In this document: one piece after another, positions 35,218-45,541 of the stretch
Position numbering within the stretch: position 1 is the first letter of the stretch
How the letters are laid out: every line of letters starts with the position of its first letter
From: a virus
Strand: one strand, 5' to 3'
IMG/VR virus record: IMGVR_UViG_3300044655_001643
DNA: 64,000 nucleotides
Notes under the pieces: model-generated
What the model was told of the DNA's origin: nothing
Seen by the model: only the letters and a program-made list of their open reading frames with translations
The model's database searches: none
Translations under genes and position numbers: made by a program

Positions 35218-35613
35218 TTATTTATACATCTTTACTCTGTAAATCATTTCATCCAAAAATATATTGCGGATATATTGTTGAATGTGATCTTGTGTTTCAA
35301 GTATAGCCTGAATGTGTTCCGTTGTCAAGTCTTTGAGTGGCACGTATTTCAAAGGCTGTTTACCATCTTTGCCACGGGTACCCCATTTGAATACCTCACG
35401 AATTACATCATGCGGACCATCAGAGTACACCGAGAGTTCAATATACGGTGCTTCATCATGTACATTACGGCGGGTGTAATCCAAGCCGCCATCAACCATG
35501 TATTCAAGTCCATTAGTGTCCACATAAGTTTTGTAATCGTGCCGATGCATGGACTCAAGAATCGTACCATCGGGTGTACGAATTCGATTACATACGATTC
35601 CTGGTCCACTCAT
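35218..35613 (-). CDS. Conserved phage hypothetical protein
   Basis: I.TPDGT.LES.HRHDY, VDGGLDY.RR, WGTRGK.G. Confidence 0.8.
   Translation of the reverse strand: MSGPGIVCNRIRTPDGTILESMHRHDYKTYVDTNGLEYMVDGGLDYTRRNVHDEAPYIELSVYSDGPHDVIREVFKWGTRGKDGKQPLKYVPLKDLTTEHIQAILETQDHIQQYIRNIFLDEMIYRVKMYK
35219..35226 (-). promoter_or_regulatory. T4 late promoter TATAAATA
   Basis: Perfect consensus 5 nt before leader ATG. Confidence 0.8.
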
Positions 35614-35616
35614 TTT

Positions 35617-35784
35617 TTATCCTTCGCAATAACCCGCTTCAATTAAGTTTCGTGCCATTCGACCATACGAGCCTTGCAATTGCCACACCAGACCCGAATC
35701 GATCAATTCTTGGAACAACTGAATAATACCATCTTCATCAAGGTCGCCTTGTTCAAAAGCGATAATTTTATCCACTTGATCCAT
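35617..35784 (-). CDS. Conserved small phage protein
   Basis: LFQELIDSG..WQLQGSYGR.A..LIE.G. Confidence 0.75.
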   Translation of the reverse strand: MDQVDKIIAFEQGDLDEDGIIQLFQELIDSGLVWQLQGSYGRMARNLIEAGYCEG

Positions 35785-35785
35785 G

Positions 35786-36175
35786 TTACGCCTCCAGAGC
35801 ATAAGGTTTGTTCCACTTACCAATGTTTACGTCAACGTACCAACCGACATTGAAATAATCGGTTTGAATATCAGACTTATCCCAGTTACCAGCATTCATT
35901 GCTGGAATCACTTCACTCAAAAAGTGATATGCTTCACCATTGAAGTGGCTTTTATAGTGATAAGGATTCACTTGAATGCCAAATTTCTCAGCATCAGCCC
36001 GTGTTTCTGGCGTATCACCGTAGTCACCGATAAAGTCTACTTTACCAGCCTTGACATTCAGTACCAGCGTAGAATGATGGCGAACTGCAAGGCTGGCCTT
36101 AACGCCATACTTTTTGCAGATTGCCTTAATCTTAGGTGCTAACTTTGCTTTCAAATCTTGCGAAACGTAAGCCAT
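35786..36175 (-). CDS. Conserved early phage protein
   Basis: DKSDIQTDYFNVGWY...IGKW.KPY. Confidence 0.8.
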   Translation of the reverse strand: MAYVSQDLKAKLAPKIKAICKKYGVKASLAVRHHSTLVLNVKAGKVDFIGDYGDTPETRADAEKFGIQVNPYHYKSHFNGEAYHFLSEVIPAMNAGNWDKSDIQTDYFNVGWYVDVNIGKWNKPYALEA

Positions 36176-36208
36176 CACAAACTCCCATATAATCAATCAA
36201 CATGTATA

Positions 36209-36237
36209 ATTCTACAGAAGGTCGGTACCTTTGTCAA
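36209..36237 (-). promoter_or_regulatory. Sigma70-type early promoter
   Basis: TTGACA-17-TAGAAT. Confidence 0.8.
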
Positions 36238-36464
36238 CTGTTTCTTTTTAGCAACTTATCAATTTCATAATTATCAAGTTGGAAATGCTGGACAACATCG
36301 TCCCAGAAGTCTATTGCATATGCATCAAATGGTACTTCGTGTAAAACTTTTTGTATTTCTAACAACACATTCAAAACGTAGTCTTTTTGATAATGCTGGA
36401 AAACGGCAGGAAAATGCGCCCCGCCCGTTTTCAACGCCAAATCATTCAGCAGTTCTTGATTCAT
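36234..36464 (-). CDS. Hypothetical protein
   Basis: In co-oriented gene run. Confidence 0.55.
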   Translation of the reverse strand: MNQELLNDLALKTGGAHFPAVFQHYQKDYVLNVLLEIQKVLHEVPFDAYAIDFWDDVVQHFQLDNYEIDKLLKRNS

Positions 36465-36813
36465 AACGTTCCTTGATTAGTTGAATTAACTCTGGATTAC
36501 GGTACTCATAGATATCAGGAATTTGCAGATCAATGATAGGTTTGTCCAACATCCATTCCATCATTTTATCCCGTACCCACAATGCATGTTCGGTATCAGC
36601 ACAAACAACCTCATCAGCCCACATAAGCAAATCTTCCGTAACAGGAATCAATGCATACCCGGCTGTACCCGCTGACCGTGTATTGAAGTTATACGGGTCA
36701 GCAGATAGAATATGTGCAATGGTAGGCGACCGCAACATGTTAGCCGAACAAACTGTCAGCACACGCTTATAGTCGCCCTGAAAACGATTGGAGTGAACTC
36801 CGTACTTATTCAT
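36442..36813 (-). CDS. Low-molecular-weight phosphotyrosine phosphatase-like protein
   Basis: P-loop CSANMLRS (CX5R), SAGT, WAD, IPD. Confidence 0.85.
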   Translation of the reverse strand: MNKYGVHSNRFQGDYKRVLTVCSANMLRSPTIAHILSADPYNFNTRSAGTAGYALIPVTEDLLMWADEVVCADTEHALWVRDKMMEWMLDKPIIDLQIPDIYEYRNPELIQLIKERYESRTAE

Positions 36814-37394
36814 TTCTTTCCATTCAATTTATCAAACTCTTCTTTGAGTTCGGTCAATGCTTTCTCAACTTCATCCTGTGTATAACCGGAAGATTCTTCA
36901 TTTGGATCAGCCCATCCTTCTTCCTCTTCTTCTTCTTCCCAATCACGCTTGTACTGTGCTATGCCAAATGTTTCTTCAAGAATCGTTGGCAAATTCTCTT
37001 CAATTTCATCAGCAGACAATTCACCATATTCATAGTAATTGTCGGCACCTTCTTCATAGAAACCAGCAAAAGCCATACCGGGTTCGTTATATAGGCCTTC
37101 TACTTCCCAGCCGTCTTGCTCAATGTATTCATACAATGTAATGGGTGGTCCCCATGCCGTTTCAAATGAAACAAAGAGAGTATCATCAGCCGTTCGTTCC
37201 CAGCCATAAACACGTGCTTCCCATTTGGTGCCCCAATTCTCTACACACCAGCCATAGTCCCACTCACCCTCATAAGGCCGAAAGTGTCGAAATAATTGTG
37301 ACTCACCTTCCTTACTCAACTCTGATTCAAGTTCATCCAGTTTTGACTTATCGGCATGGCGAACGGTCAACGAATTATCACACCAATTAGGCAT
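36810..37394 (-). CDS. DUF1281/YubB ferredoxin-like domain protein
   Basis: MPNWCDN, W...NWGTKW, FETAWGPP, EPGM.F.G. Confidence 0.8.
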   Translation of the reverse strand: MPNWCDNSLTVRHADKSKLDELESELSKEGESQLFRHFRPYEGEWDYGWCVENWGTKWEARVYGWERTADDTLFVSFETAWGPPITLYEYIEQDGWEVEGLYNEPGMAFAGFYEEGADNYYEYGELSADEIEENLPTILEETFGIAQYKRDWEEEEEEEGWADPNEESSGYTQDEVEKALTELKEEFDKLNGKK

Positions 37395-37719
37395 AGTATC
37401 TCCTTAGAAAATTGTAGCAAGAATGGCAGCACCATTGGCTGCCGAAATAAACAAATAGGTCAATGCCCAACCCTGCCGATCTTCTGCTAGGGCGATATCA
37501 TGAGCATTCCAAAACACAGAAACGAAAATGCAATTGATCAAAAACCAGATGGCACTCATTTCGGTCGATCCGTAATTTTCTCAACCTCCATGAGAATGAG
37601 CATCAGCACCGAAAAGATACTCAAATCAATTCGGTCGATAAACAAACAAATCACCATCAGAACAGAAAAAAGAATCTTGAGGAGCGACTTGAGCCCCTCT
37701 CTTGTAATCCAACTAAACA

Positions 37720-38019
37720 TTATACCACTCCAGTCCAGGTTGTACGATTCAGATACGAATCGGGTTTGAATACATTACCACGGGTGTAATTCCGTGCTGG
37801 TGCTTTCCATGATGCAGCCCGCCAGATATCGCCCGTTTTCTTTTCAATAAACGAATGTACCGAGCGGGAGCCCCATGATACACTCACAATCTTTACATAC
37901 TTAGAGCCTTCATCAAACTCAATGCCAAATCGTTCACCATTCGGATTCTCATACCGTAACTCATAGTTGCGAACGATAGCATCTTTGTAACCAATCAGTG
38001 CAGTAGCCAAATCAGACAT
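37720..38019 (-). CDS. Conserved early phage protein
   Basis: KY.KI, SVHSFI, GDI..AASWKAPA...RGN. Confidence 0.75.
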   Translation of the reverse strand: MSDLATALIGYKDAIVRNYELRYENPNGERFGIEFDEGSKYVKIVSVSWGSRSVHSFIEKKTGDIWRAASWKAPARNYTRGNVFKPDSYLNRTTWTGVV

Positions 38020-38029
38020 AATTTTCTCC

Positions 38030-38701
38030 TTAATTAGCCAAACCAAACTTAGGAATCGACCGAGCGATATTCGCCTTCAACACACTCATATATGCTTCAG
38101 AGCGACTCTTGGCGCATTTCTCAGCATAGAATACATCAGGCTCAGGTGTCACGACTTCACAATTATGCGCCCAGACCCAGATCATATTCTTGTAATTCTC
38201 ATACACACGGCCGTTACGCTCAACGACCACTTTCTCATCATCGAGGGCGATGCCGAGCTTATCACGCCACACAGCCCGATAACCCATACCGTATTGCATT
38301 TCTTTTACGACAACCACACGACCCTCTTTACCCTTCAGAGCCTTATCACGACCACCCACCACTCGAACGAGGCGACTCCGCTTTGCCGGATTCAATGCTT
38401 CATCTTCAGCATTCTCTAATTCAGCCTTCAGAAACTTAGCATACTCAGCCGCTTCAATAGCAGGCAACACCGATTCGAGGTCCGCATCAATCTCGACCAC
38501 AGCATCATTGTCGAGCCACTGCTCACGGACCACCTTACCATCCCAGTAGAATGCCTTGGTGACATACTCCCAGATGTCCGACATAATCTGCTCAGACTCA
38601 TTGGCAATATACAGTGTCGTACCCACGCCAAGCGATACGGGTACCTTAACAATCGGACCACCAACCACAGCCGGATACTCAGTCTTTGTGAAGTTTATCA
38701 T
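38030..38701 (-). CDS. Hypothetical early protein
   Basis: Directly downstream of sigma70 promoter. Confidence 0.7.
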   Translation of the reverse strand: MINFTKTEYPAVVGGPIVKVPVSLGVGTTLYIANESEQIMSDIWEYVTKAFYWDGKVVREQWLDNDAVVEIDADLESVLPAIEAAEYAKFLKAELENAEDEALNPAKRSRLVRVVGGRDKALKGKEGRVVVVKEMQYGMGYRAVWRDKLGIALDDEKVVVERNGRVYENYKNMIWVWAHNCEVVTPEPDVFYAEKCAKSRSEAYMSVLKANIARSIPKFGLAN

Positions 38702-38734
38702 TTATCAACTTTCTCAATCAATTTCGATATGATT

Positions 38735-38763
38735 AGTATAGAAGGATTCGGTGGAATTGTCAA
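38735..38763 (-). promoter_or_regulatory. Sigma70-type early promoter
   Basis: TTGACA-17-TATACT. Confidence 0.8.
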
Positions 38764-38786
38764 GCGATTTCATCGCCGGTCAAGCA

Positions 38787-39050
38787 CTATAGTATTGCCA
38801 AAAGTGCAAATACGACACCCAACCCCAACACCCAAGGTAGGAAGCGAAGAATCACTCTGATTATCAAAAAGGCAATTAGTGAAAAGAGTATGAGTGTTGC
38901 TATACTGACATCAGACTCTTGTTGTGCCGGTGCTTCTTCTGGAGTACCACCGAGTGCCAGAATGCTTGTCATAACATCAACAGCAGAAGATGGCACGACC
39001 GACTCACCAGGGTCCAGAGTTTGCTCAACGGGTATTTGATTTGTGTTCAT
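38787..39050 (-). CDS. Hypothetical membrane protein
   Basis: Two C-terminal TM segments. Confidence 0.55.
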   Translation of the reverse strand: MNTNQIPVEQTLDPGESVVPSSAVDVMTSILALGGTPEEAPAQQESDVSIATLILFSLIAFLIIRVILRFLPWVLGLGVVFALLAIL

Positions 39051-39955
39051 TTGCTTTTCGATGATAGTAGTGGAGCCAGCCAGTGTTAGCATCTATGTAA
39101 CGGAAGTATAGCACGACACTCAGATTGAGTACCAGATATGCCAGCAGTATGATCAGAGGTACCATGGTATTTTTTGGCCGAAAAAAATTTTAGTGAGACC
39201 GAGTATTCATTCGATAAGGTTGCTTTGAAATAGCATGTTCCTTTGAGGGCTCCCTTTTTTTGTATAAAAAGACGATTTCATTCTAGAGGCACTTATATAC
39301 TTATCATGCTTACATAAAATACAATGCCTTCCTACTGCGGCTCTGCTACACCATACTCTGCCACCACATACTCTACCACATAGGGTTGCAGCCCCGTCAC
39401 TCCAGCGATAAACTCTACACTGTATCCCTTTTCAGTCAATTCTAAAACTTCAATCAGTAGGTTTTTCATTGCTGCCATTTTGCTCACCCTTATCTGTAAA
39501 TACTATAATCTCTTTGTTGTACCCTGCCCCAGGTACCACACGGACTGCGGCGTTAGCAGTAAACTCTGCCAAGGCTGCCTCTAGTTGCTCCTGAGTGAAT
39601 CTCACACGAACACCTTTCCTGGGTACCCGACTGCAAAGCCATTGCTGCCCTTAATAAAGCCCTTGCTTTGCTTTACACGGGCTTGGGCTTTAGGTGCCTT
39701 GCGTGGCTTCAGTACAGTGGCGCCTAGACCACGGACTGCCTCTGCTACCTCTGCCTCAGTGAATTGTGCTACTGGTAACATAATATCTCCCTTATAGTTT
39801 CCATGCTGTAATTGCTGCCTTTACATCGGCCACTGCAAGGTTCAATGCCCATGCAATGTGGCCATTAGAGCGGCCTTCAGCAAGTAATGTCGAAATTGCA
39901 TTCAGTGTATCACGACGGATAATCATATAGTCTCCATATCATTCACCACAGAATC

Positions 39956-39984
39956 ATTATACAGACAGTACAAAATCCTGTCAA
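39956..39984 (-). promoter_or_regulatory. Sigma70-type early promoter
   Basis: TTGACA-17-TATAAT. Confidence 0.85.
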
Positions 39985-40084
39985 GTGGTTTATTCGGTAG
40001 GCTTTCGGTCTTCCAGGGCATCCCAGAGAACATAAGCCATTGCAAAAGGAGTAATTATCAAAAATACAATCACCGCTGCATCCA

Positions 40085-40273
40085 TTATACTATCTCCACT
40101 CCATCAGAATTTACTAGGACATACTCATCGACCGCATTGAACAGGTTGGCCCGCTGCCAATCCCATGTATCAGTGCATCGATTACACACTGGACCCACAC
40201 GGGCTACTGATCCATCAGCAAATTGTAACTCAGTTTGCCAACCCCCAATTACAGAAACCGTTGTCACTTTCAT
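40085..40273 (-). CDS. Small hypothetical early protein
   Basis: Co-oriented ORF downstream of promoter. Confidence 0.5.
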   Translation of the reverse strand: MKVTTVSVIGGWQTELQFADGSVARVGPVCNRCTDTWDWQRANLFNAVDEYVLVNSDGVEIV

Positions 40274-40395
40274 CGGATCACCCTAGAGCAGGAGCAGCAC
40301 CGGGAGCAGCAGCCAAGGCGCCCCACACCATCAAGCCAGCAAACAGTACCAAAATCGCAATCATTTCGTTCTCCAATCAATCACTCAGTAACTAC

Positions 40396-40424
40396 AGTAT
40401 AGTAGGCCTCGGTAGGATTGTCAA
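40396..40424 (-). promoter_or_regulatory. Sigma70-type early promoter
   Basis: TTGACA-17-TATACT. Confidence 0.8.
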
Positions 40425-40551
40425 GCGGTTTGTGCGGTAGCCTGGGCGCCTGGGTGTTGTCACTCTGACATTCGGCGGCTGGTCCTTTGGCTCGGACATT
40501 TAGATACTGGATCCCAGCGGTATAAATAGCGGTCCCACAGTAGTGCGTTTG

Positions 40552-40574
40552 TAAATGAGAATCATTCGCATTTA
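40552..40574. promoter_or_regulatory. Fur-box-like palindrome
   Basis: TAAATGAGAATCATTCGCATTTA. Confidence 0.6.
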
Positions 40575-40762
40575 GTGCCACGGATCGCACGAAATAATAC
40601 TATGCTAATATACCTCACGCTCAAATACATCAAACTCATCGATGGTACCGTCAAATACTAGCCCTTCGCCATATGCGATGGCATCATTGTATTGATTGAA
40701 TACTCGCAGAACGGTATCACCCTCATACGCTTCACATTCTACTACAATGAATACTTTGCTCA

Positions 40763-40960
40763 TTATACTACCTCCATGTAATCTTCTATTCTGGCATCAA
40801 ATTGTTCCAGTGCTTCGTAATATTCGGTGTTCAGAAGTGTAACAGTCCGACGATAGATACCTGTACCAATTTCAAGCTCGTAGGCATACTCACCGGTACG
40901 CCAGAGGATTACACGCTCATCACGGCCATTACGCCCGTCTATAATATACTGTATGCTCAT
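40763..40960 (-). CDS. Small hypothetical early protein
   Basis: AGGAG RBS; promoter upstream. Confidence 0.65.
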   Translation of the reverse strand: MSIQYIIDGRNGRDERVILWRTGEYAYELEIGTGIYRRTVTLLNTEYYEALEQFDARIEDYMEVV

Positions 40961-40991
40961 TTGCTTCTCCTAGTCAATCTTCTATGGTTCT

Positions 40992-41020
40992 ATTATAGAA
41001 GGAATTGGTAGGATTGTCAA
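40992..41020 (-). promoter_or_regulatory. Sigma70-type early promoter
   Basis: TTGACA-17-TATAAT. Confidence 0.85.
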
Positions 41021-41146
41021 GTGTTGCTTATTTGCTATCGCATATGATTTTTTTGTCTTTTAGGCAATGGTTATTGCTTGTGGAGGTCTCTGAGATTACT
41101 CGGATTGTAACCATGTGGTGGCTACATGCGGGTAGTAGGAGGGATG

Positions 41147-41410
41147 CTATAATGACAATATATTTGACCATAGTTTTAGTTTTTCTCTTTTGGCAACAGT
41201 GTAGTGTTCTAGACGGTGTGGGTCGATGATACCCTGATCAATGCACAGGTGGATCATACACTGAAGGTCGCCTAGTTCTTTGTGGAGTGTTTCAAGGCTT
41301 GATTCGCCAGTGATAGGATTGTGATTATCGATCCCGTATCGGTGGATCTTTGAGATGGCATGGATTACTTCGGCCGCTTCCTCTTGCAGGATGACTAGGG
41401 TTTCATTCAT
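41147..41410 (-). CDS. MazG-like NTP pyrophosphohydrolase-fold protein
   Basis: LQEEAAEVI.AISK, L..ELGDL. Confidence 0.7.
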   Translation of the reverse strand: MNETLVILQEEAAEVIHAISKIHRYGIDNHNPITGESSLETLHKELGDLQCMIHLCIDQGIIDPHRLEHYTVAKREKLKLWSNILSL

Positions 41411-41576
41411 TAGTTTTTATCCACTGGCACGGCAATCATTGTGCAATGGACATTTCGTGGCAGTTCTTTTTCGCATTCTTGAATGGCTAATTTGGCATCA
41501 TCAGAAGCCATTCCATGTCCTAGCATATAGCCAGTAAATGCAAAGAAAATGATAAAACCAGCATTGAATATAGTAT

Positions 41577-42505
41577 TCATTGTTTCACTCCAAAATGAGT
41601 ATAAATTTCAGTTTCAAGATTACGGGCGCTTTTGACTGTCAAAAAGCCCTCGGGTTTTTTCTCAGCAGCATAGGCTACTTGGATACATTCATCGATGATT
41701 AGTTGGGCAAACTTTTCTAATTCTTCACCATCTGACACAACATACATTTTATCGAACTTAGGAAATCCTGCTTCCAGAATTAGTTCTTTGATTCGCTCAT
41801 TCATTCTAGCAGTGTCCTATTCTGTATGTCCCAGAATCTTTGTGCAGCATCTTTGGCAAATTCTAGTGAGATATACTGACCCAGGTGCTTTTCATCATCA
41901 CGGGTAAATGTATATTCACCAATGTACACCAGGGATATCCAGACATCTTGCAAGGCTATCTTACTGACCGTACCGACGACCTTGCCTGTGGCTACATTGT
42001 AATAGTAATACCTATCACCAAATCGTTCCCACTTGTATTCATTCATCGATAGCCTTCAGATAGCCAACTACCTCAAGGTAAGGTGTATCAACGACCATAC
42101 CATATACTTCATTGTTCGTAAAGATAACACATTTTTCTGGATAGACTAACGATTCTTCAACTCTGGTGATGGCACTACAATTGAATGAAACAGATTTTTC
42201 TGTCATTGTTGTGGTCAATATTTTCATGGCTTTTCCTTTGGTATATTGTATTCACGACCGTATTGTGAACGATGGCCTTGTTGCTCAGGAGCGGGGTACT
42301 GGACATCACCCTCTGTAAGGAGGTTGTAAGCATTCAGAATGTTTTTTCTGTCGGCCTTGGCCATGCATAGGGATGCACAGTGGGCGACAATCAACTCGGC
42401 AAACTTTTCAAGGCAGACAATTTGCTTAGTATTGGTGAGATAATCTACACTCATACCGGCTTCGGTGGCAAACTTATTGAGTTGGTTGTTCATTCGATTT
42501 TCCAT
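41577..42505 (-). other. Run of four small hypothetical genes (41577-41804, 41801-42046, 42039-42227, 42224-42505)
   Basis: Overlapping stop/start junctions; two share a LEKFA.LI motif. Confidence 0.6.
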
Positions 42506-43061
42506 ATAACAGCATCATAACATCCAGGGCGCAGTCAATCACAGGATCGTGTTTGATTATATCACGCTCATACAAAAAGTCAATATGATCGACCTTACAA
42601 TAACCATTTGTAGAATCATACAGCAAGTCTACCGCAGTACGGACATCACGCCAACGGTGATAGGGCAGCATTGTCTCAACTTTCAATTGGCGTTCAATAG
42701 AATGCAATAATGTATCATCCAATGAGCCACGGGCCCAAACCCAAGATTTATTGTCATTTTTTGATTGTATCCAGGAATGAAAGGATTCTATGCCATTTTT
42801 CAGATTTTCATCGGTTTTTAGGGGCAAAAATGATTTTTTTCGTACTATTTCACATTGTTTTCCCCACCACTCTAAAGTGCCTTTGTCAACCTTTCGCTCA
42901 TAGTTTTCTACTTGGTCACGAACATTGAATTTGACAAAAAAAGCAGAATCGACCAGTTCACGAAAAGTCGGCTTTTCATCGGATCGGAAATGAATACACG
43001 CTAGGGATAGAATCACAGAATTGGATTCTACACCCAGCGTTTCAACATCAAACATGAACAT
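42474..43061 (-). CDS. 3'-5' exonuclease, DexA-like DEDDh
   Basis: FDVETLG, WARG..D, RDVRT, HDP..D. Confidence 0.85.
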   Translation of the reverse strand: MFMFDVETLGVESNSVILSLACIHFRSDEKPTFRELVDSAFFVKFNVRDQVENYERKVDKGTLEWWGKQCEIVRKKSFLPLKTDENLKNGIESFHSWIQSKNDNKSWVWARGSLDDTLLHSIERQLKVETMLPYHRWRDVRTAVDLLYDSTNGYCKVDHIDFLYERDIIKHDPVIDCALDVMMLLYGKSNEQPTQ

Positions 43062-45248
43062 TAGGCAGGCACCGCATCCAGTTTTGCTTTTGCACGACCA
43101 GCAAACTCACGTGCATTAGTTTCGGCATAATCGTCGCTCAGACTATTGATACCATGGAACAGTTTCCACTCACCATCAACTAGCCATTCAACTCGGACAT
43201 CATAGGCTACCTCAAATGGATTGCCATCATAGACAATCCGAACATTATCAAAATTCACTGTATACATTACAAAATTCCTTTCACAAATTCAGGCTCAAGA
43301 ATCACGCTCTCACGTATCTCACCGAACACCGTTATAGGATTATCCAGTGTTACATGATGCGATATAGTACCACCGTAGGTAACACGTGATAACCGAACTA
43401 TACCAGACACGGCATAATCACCCAGATACATTCCGATAACACGCTTACCATCTAGAAATGTTTCACCAATCACAACAATCTCCTTGTCTCTCAACATGGG
43501 TATATTATCTCAGACTTCGGAAACTTTGTCAAGTGGTGTCAATCTGATAACGTAATGACGGACTTGCTTTTTATGCAATGAAATTCGCCACCCTTATCTT
43601 GGAGCAGGACACCATTCTTGCCGGCACAGTATTCACGGGCCAGCTGGTACTTTTCGTGGATGACACTGATACCCGTAATGATAACAATAAACAAAATGAT
43701 ATAGGTAGACACCAATACCATCTTTTCCGGGTTTACTTTACTCTGATTGAATAGGTTTTTCATTGCCATCTATACAGGTCTCACCAATAAAAATATACAC
43801 GTTGGAATCGATTGATTTTTGTTTGAATAGTTGATTGTTGAAGCATTTGTAAGGATCACGGTAGTTTTGCATAACATAGTAGGCACCATAGCCTATACCA
43901 CCGAGAATCATAAGAATAGGAATATATTTGATATACTTGACCAGTTCGGGCATAACGCCCAACAACTTTGGCAGTATTTCAAGTAGTTGTTTCACGACTC
44001 TATCACACCAGCAACAAAGCCCTCAGGATTCGCAAATAGTGTGCCAAATGGTCCACACATGTGACGATTGGCTCTCATATCTTTACATGCTTTTCTGGTA
44101 TGTTCTCCAAATACAGGGTCATCAAAAGATACAGCCTGTGCGTGACCACACAATGGATCACGCACATTGTCCAAATACTGAAAGTGCCTACAGTCTTTGC
44201 ACAGTTTCATCAATTATAGCCTAGCTCGTAATTGTTTACATCCAACATATCTGCCTCTAGAATGGCATCGGTGTAAGTGTTGGCACTCAGTGAAATATTC
44301 TGACCATCGGCAAAGGATGCCACATAAGCACCAGCGGCAGGACTATACTCTACATTTATCAGAAAATTCTCGTTCATTTTATTTCTCCGTAAGCAATAGC
44401 ATCATTATTATAAGATTGTGCAGCATACAACATGGCTTGATTCTCAGCAAACATTTCATCAATCATGTTTTCATATGTTTCATCAACGGCTTCATCAAGG
44501 GTCGCCTCAGCAATGTCCTTGCACAATTCATTGATTTCAGCATCAGTCAACATCACGCACACCTTTCTCTTTCAATTTGATAATTTGAATCATCTCTTTG
44601 ATATTTGACCATTCGGGATGATTTTCATAGTCGCCAATGTAGAAGCCACGAATTCTCGACAGACCCCTCAGTACATCGGCATTCCATACATACCGAAAAT
44701 CATAATCAAAACCACGCACACGTTTACGGATAACAAAGTCATCAAATTCATCTTTGCTACCCGCTACAACATAGAAGGGTTCTAATTTCATCGTCCGCTA
44801 AAACCTAGTTCGAATTCAAACAGAATCAGTTTGGCGACATTGATATATTGTCTTGCCGCTTCAGGATTACGCTCAAGTACCTCTTGTGCATCCGAAAGAT
44901 AACTTGCAGCAACCATACCAGGACCTGATAGTTTGAAAGTAATTGAATCTTTTACAGAATCCAGAATCTCATCTTTGTAACCACCATACGCTTGCAATTC
45001 CCATTTTCTTTGTACAGCCGCATTCACTAAGTCACTCATTATGCATTCTCCAGAAAAATTGCATCATAAACATTACGCTTCACTTCATAGTAACCAGCAC
45101 CATGTAGACCACGCACAGTCGATATATCATTTAGGTAATCGAACACTTGATCGAAAGACCAACCAAGTTGTTTTGCGGCTATTACTAGCCCATCGATTAC
45201 TTGATTACCGTAATCTGTATCCATTCCGTAATTCATCACATTCTCCAT
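43061..45248 (-). other. Run of small hypothetical genes
   Basis: About ten co-oriented 55-85 aa ORFs with coupled junctions. Confidence 0.55.
43504..43532 (-). promoter_or_regulatory. Sigma70-type promoter, predicted leaderless transcript
   Basis: TTGACA-17-GATAAT, 6 nt before ATG 43497. Confidence 0.7.
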
Positions 45249-45541
45249 TATTTGAACACAATCAAAGCCAACAGAACGCTATTGAAGAAGAAACCGACAG
45301 CGTTACTAATTATGTATAATTTATCGTTTCGACCCAACGCACGAACCAGAAACAGAAACAAACCAGCCCACACCATTAGAACCATGCTTAGAGGTGGTAG
45401 TCTATCGTTATACCCTAGAATCACACCCAAACTAGTAGGAAGAGTAGCAGCATGAATCAACACCATACCAACCCAGCCACACGCTTCACTCATATCAAAT
45501 TTGCTAACTTTCTTACCCATTTTCTCTTTCCTTCTCATCAC
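45248..45541 (-). CDS. Small 3-TM membrane protein (PQ-loop/SemiSWEET-like size)
   Basis: GW.G..L.....P, three hydrophobic helices, SN motif. Confidence 0.55.
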   Translation of the reverse strand: MMRRKEKMGKKVSKFDMSEACGWVGMVLIHAATLPTSLGVILGYNDRLPPLSMVLMVWAGLFLFLVRALGRNDKLYIISNAVGFFFNSVLLALIVFK

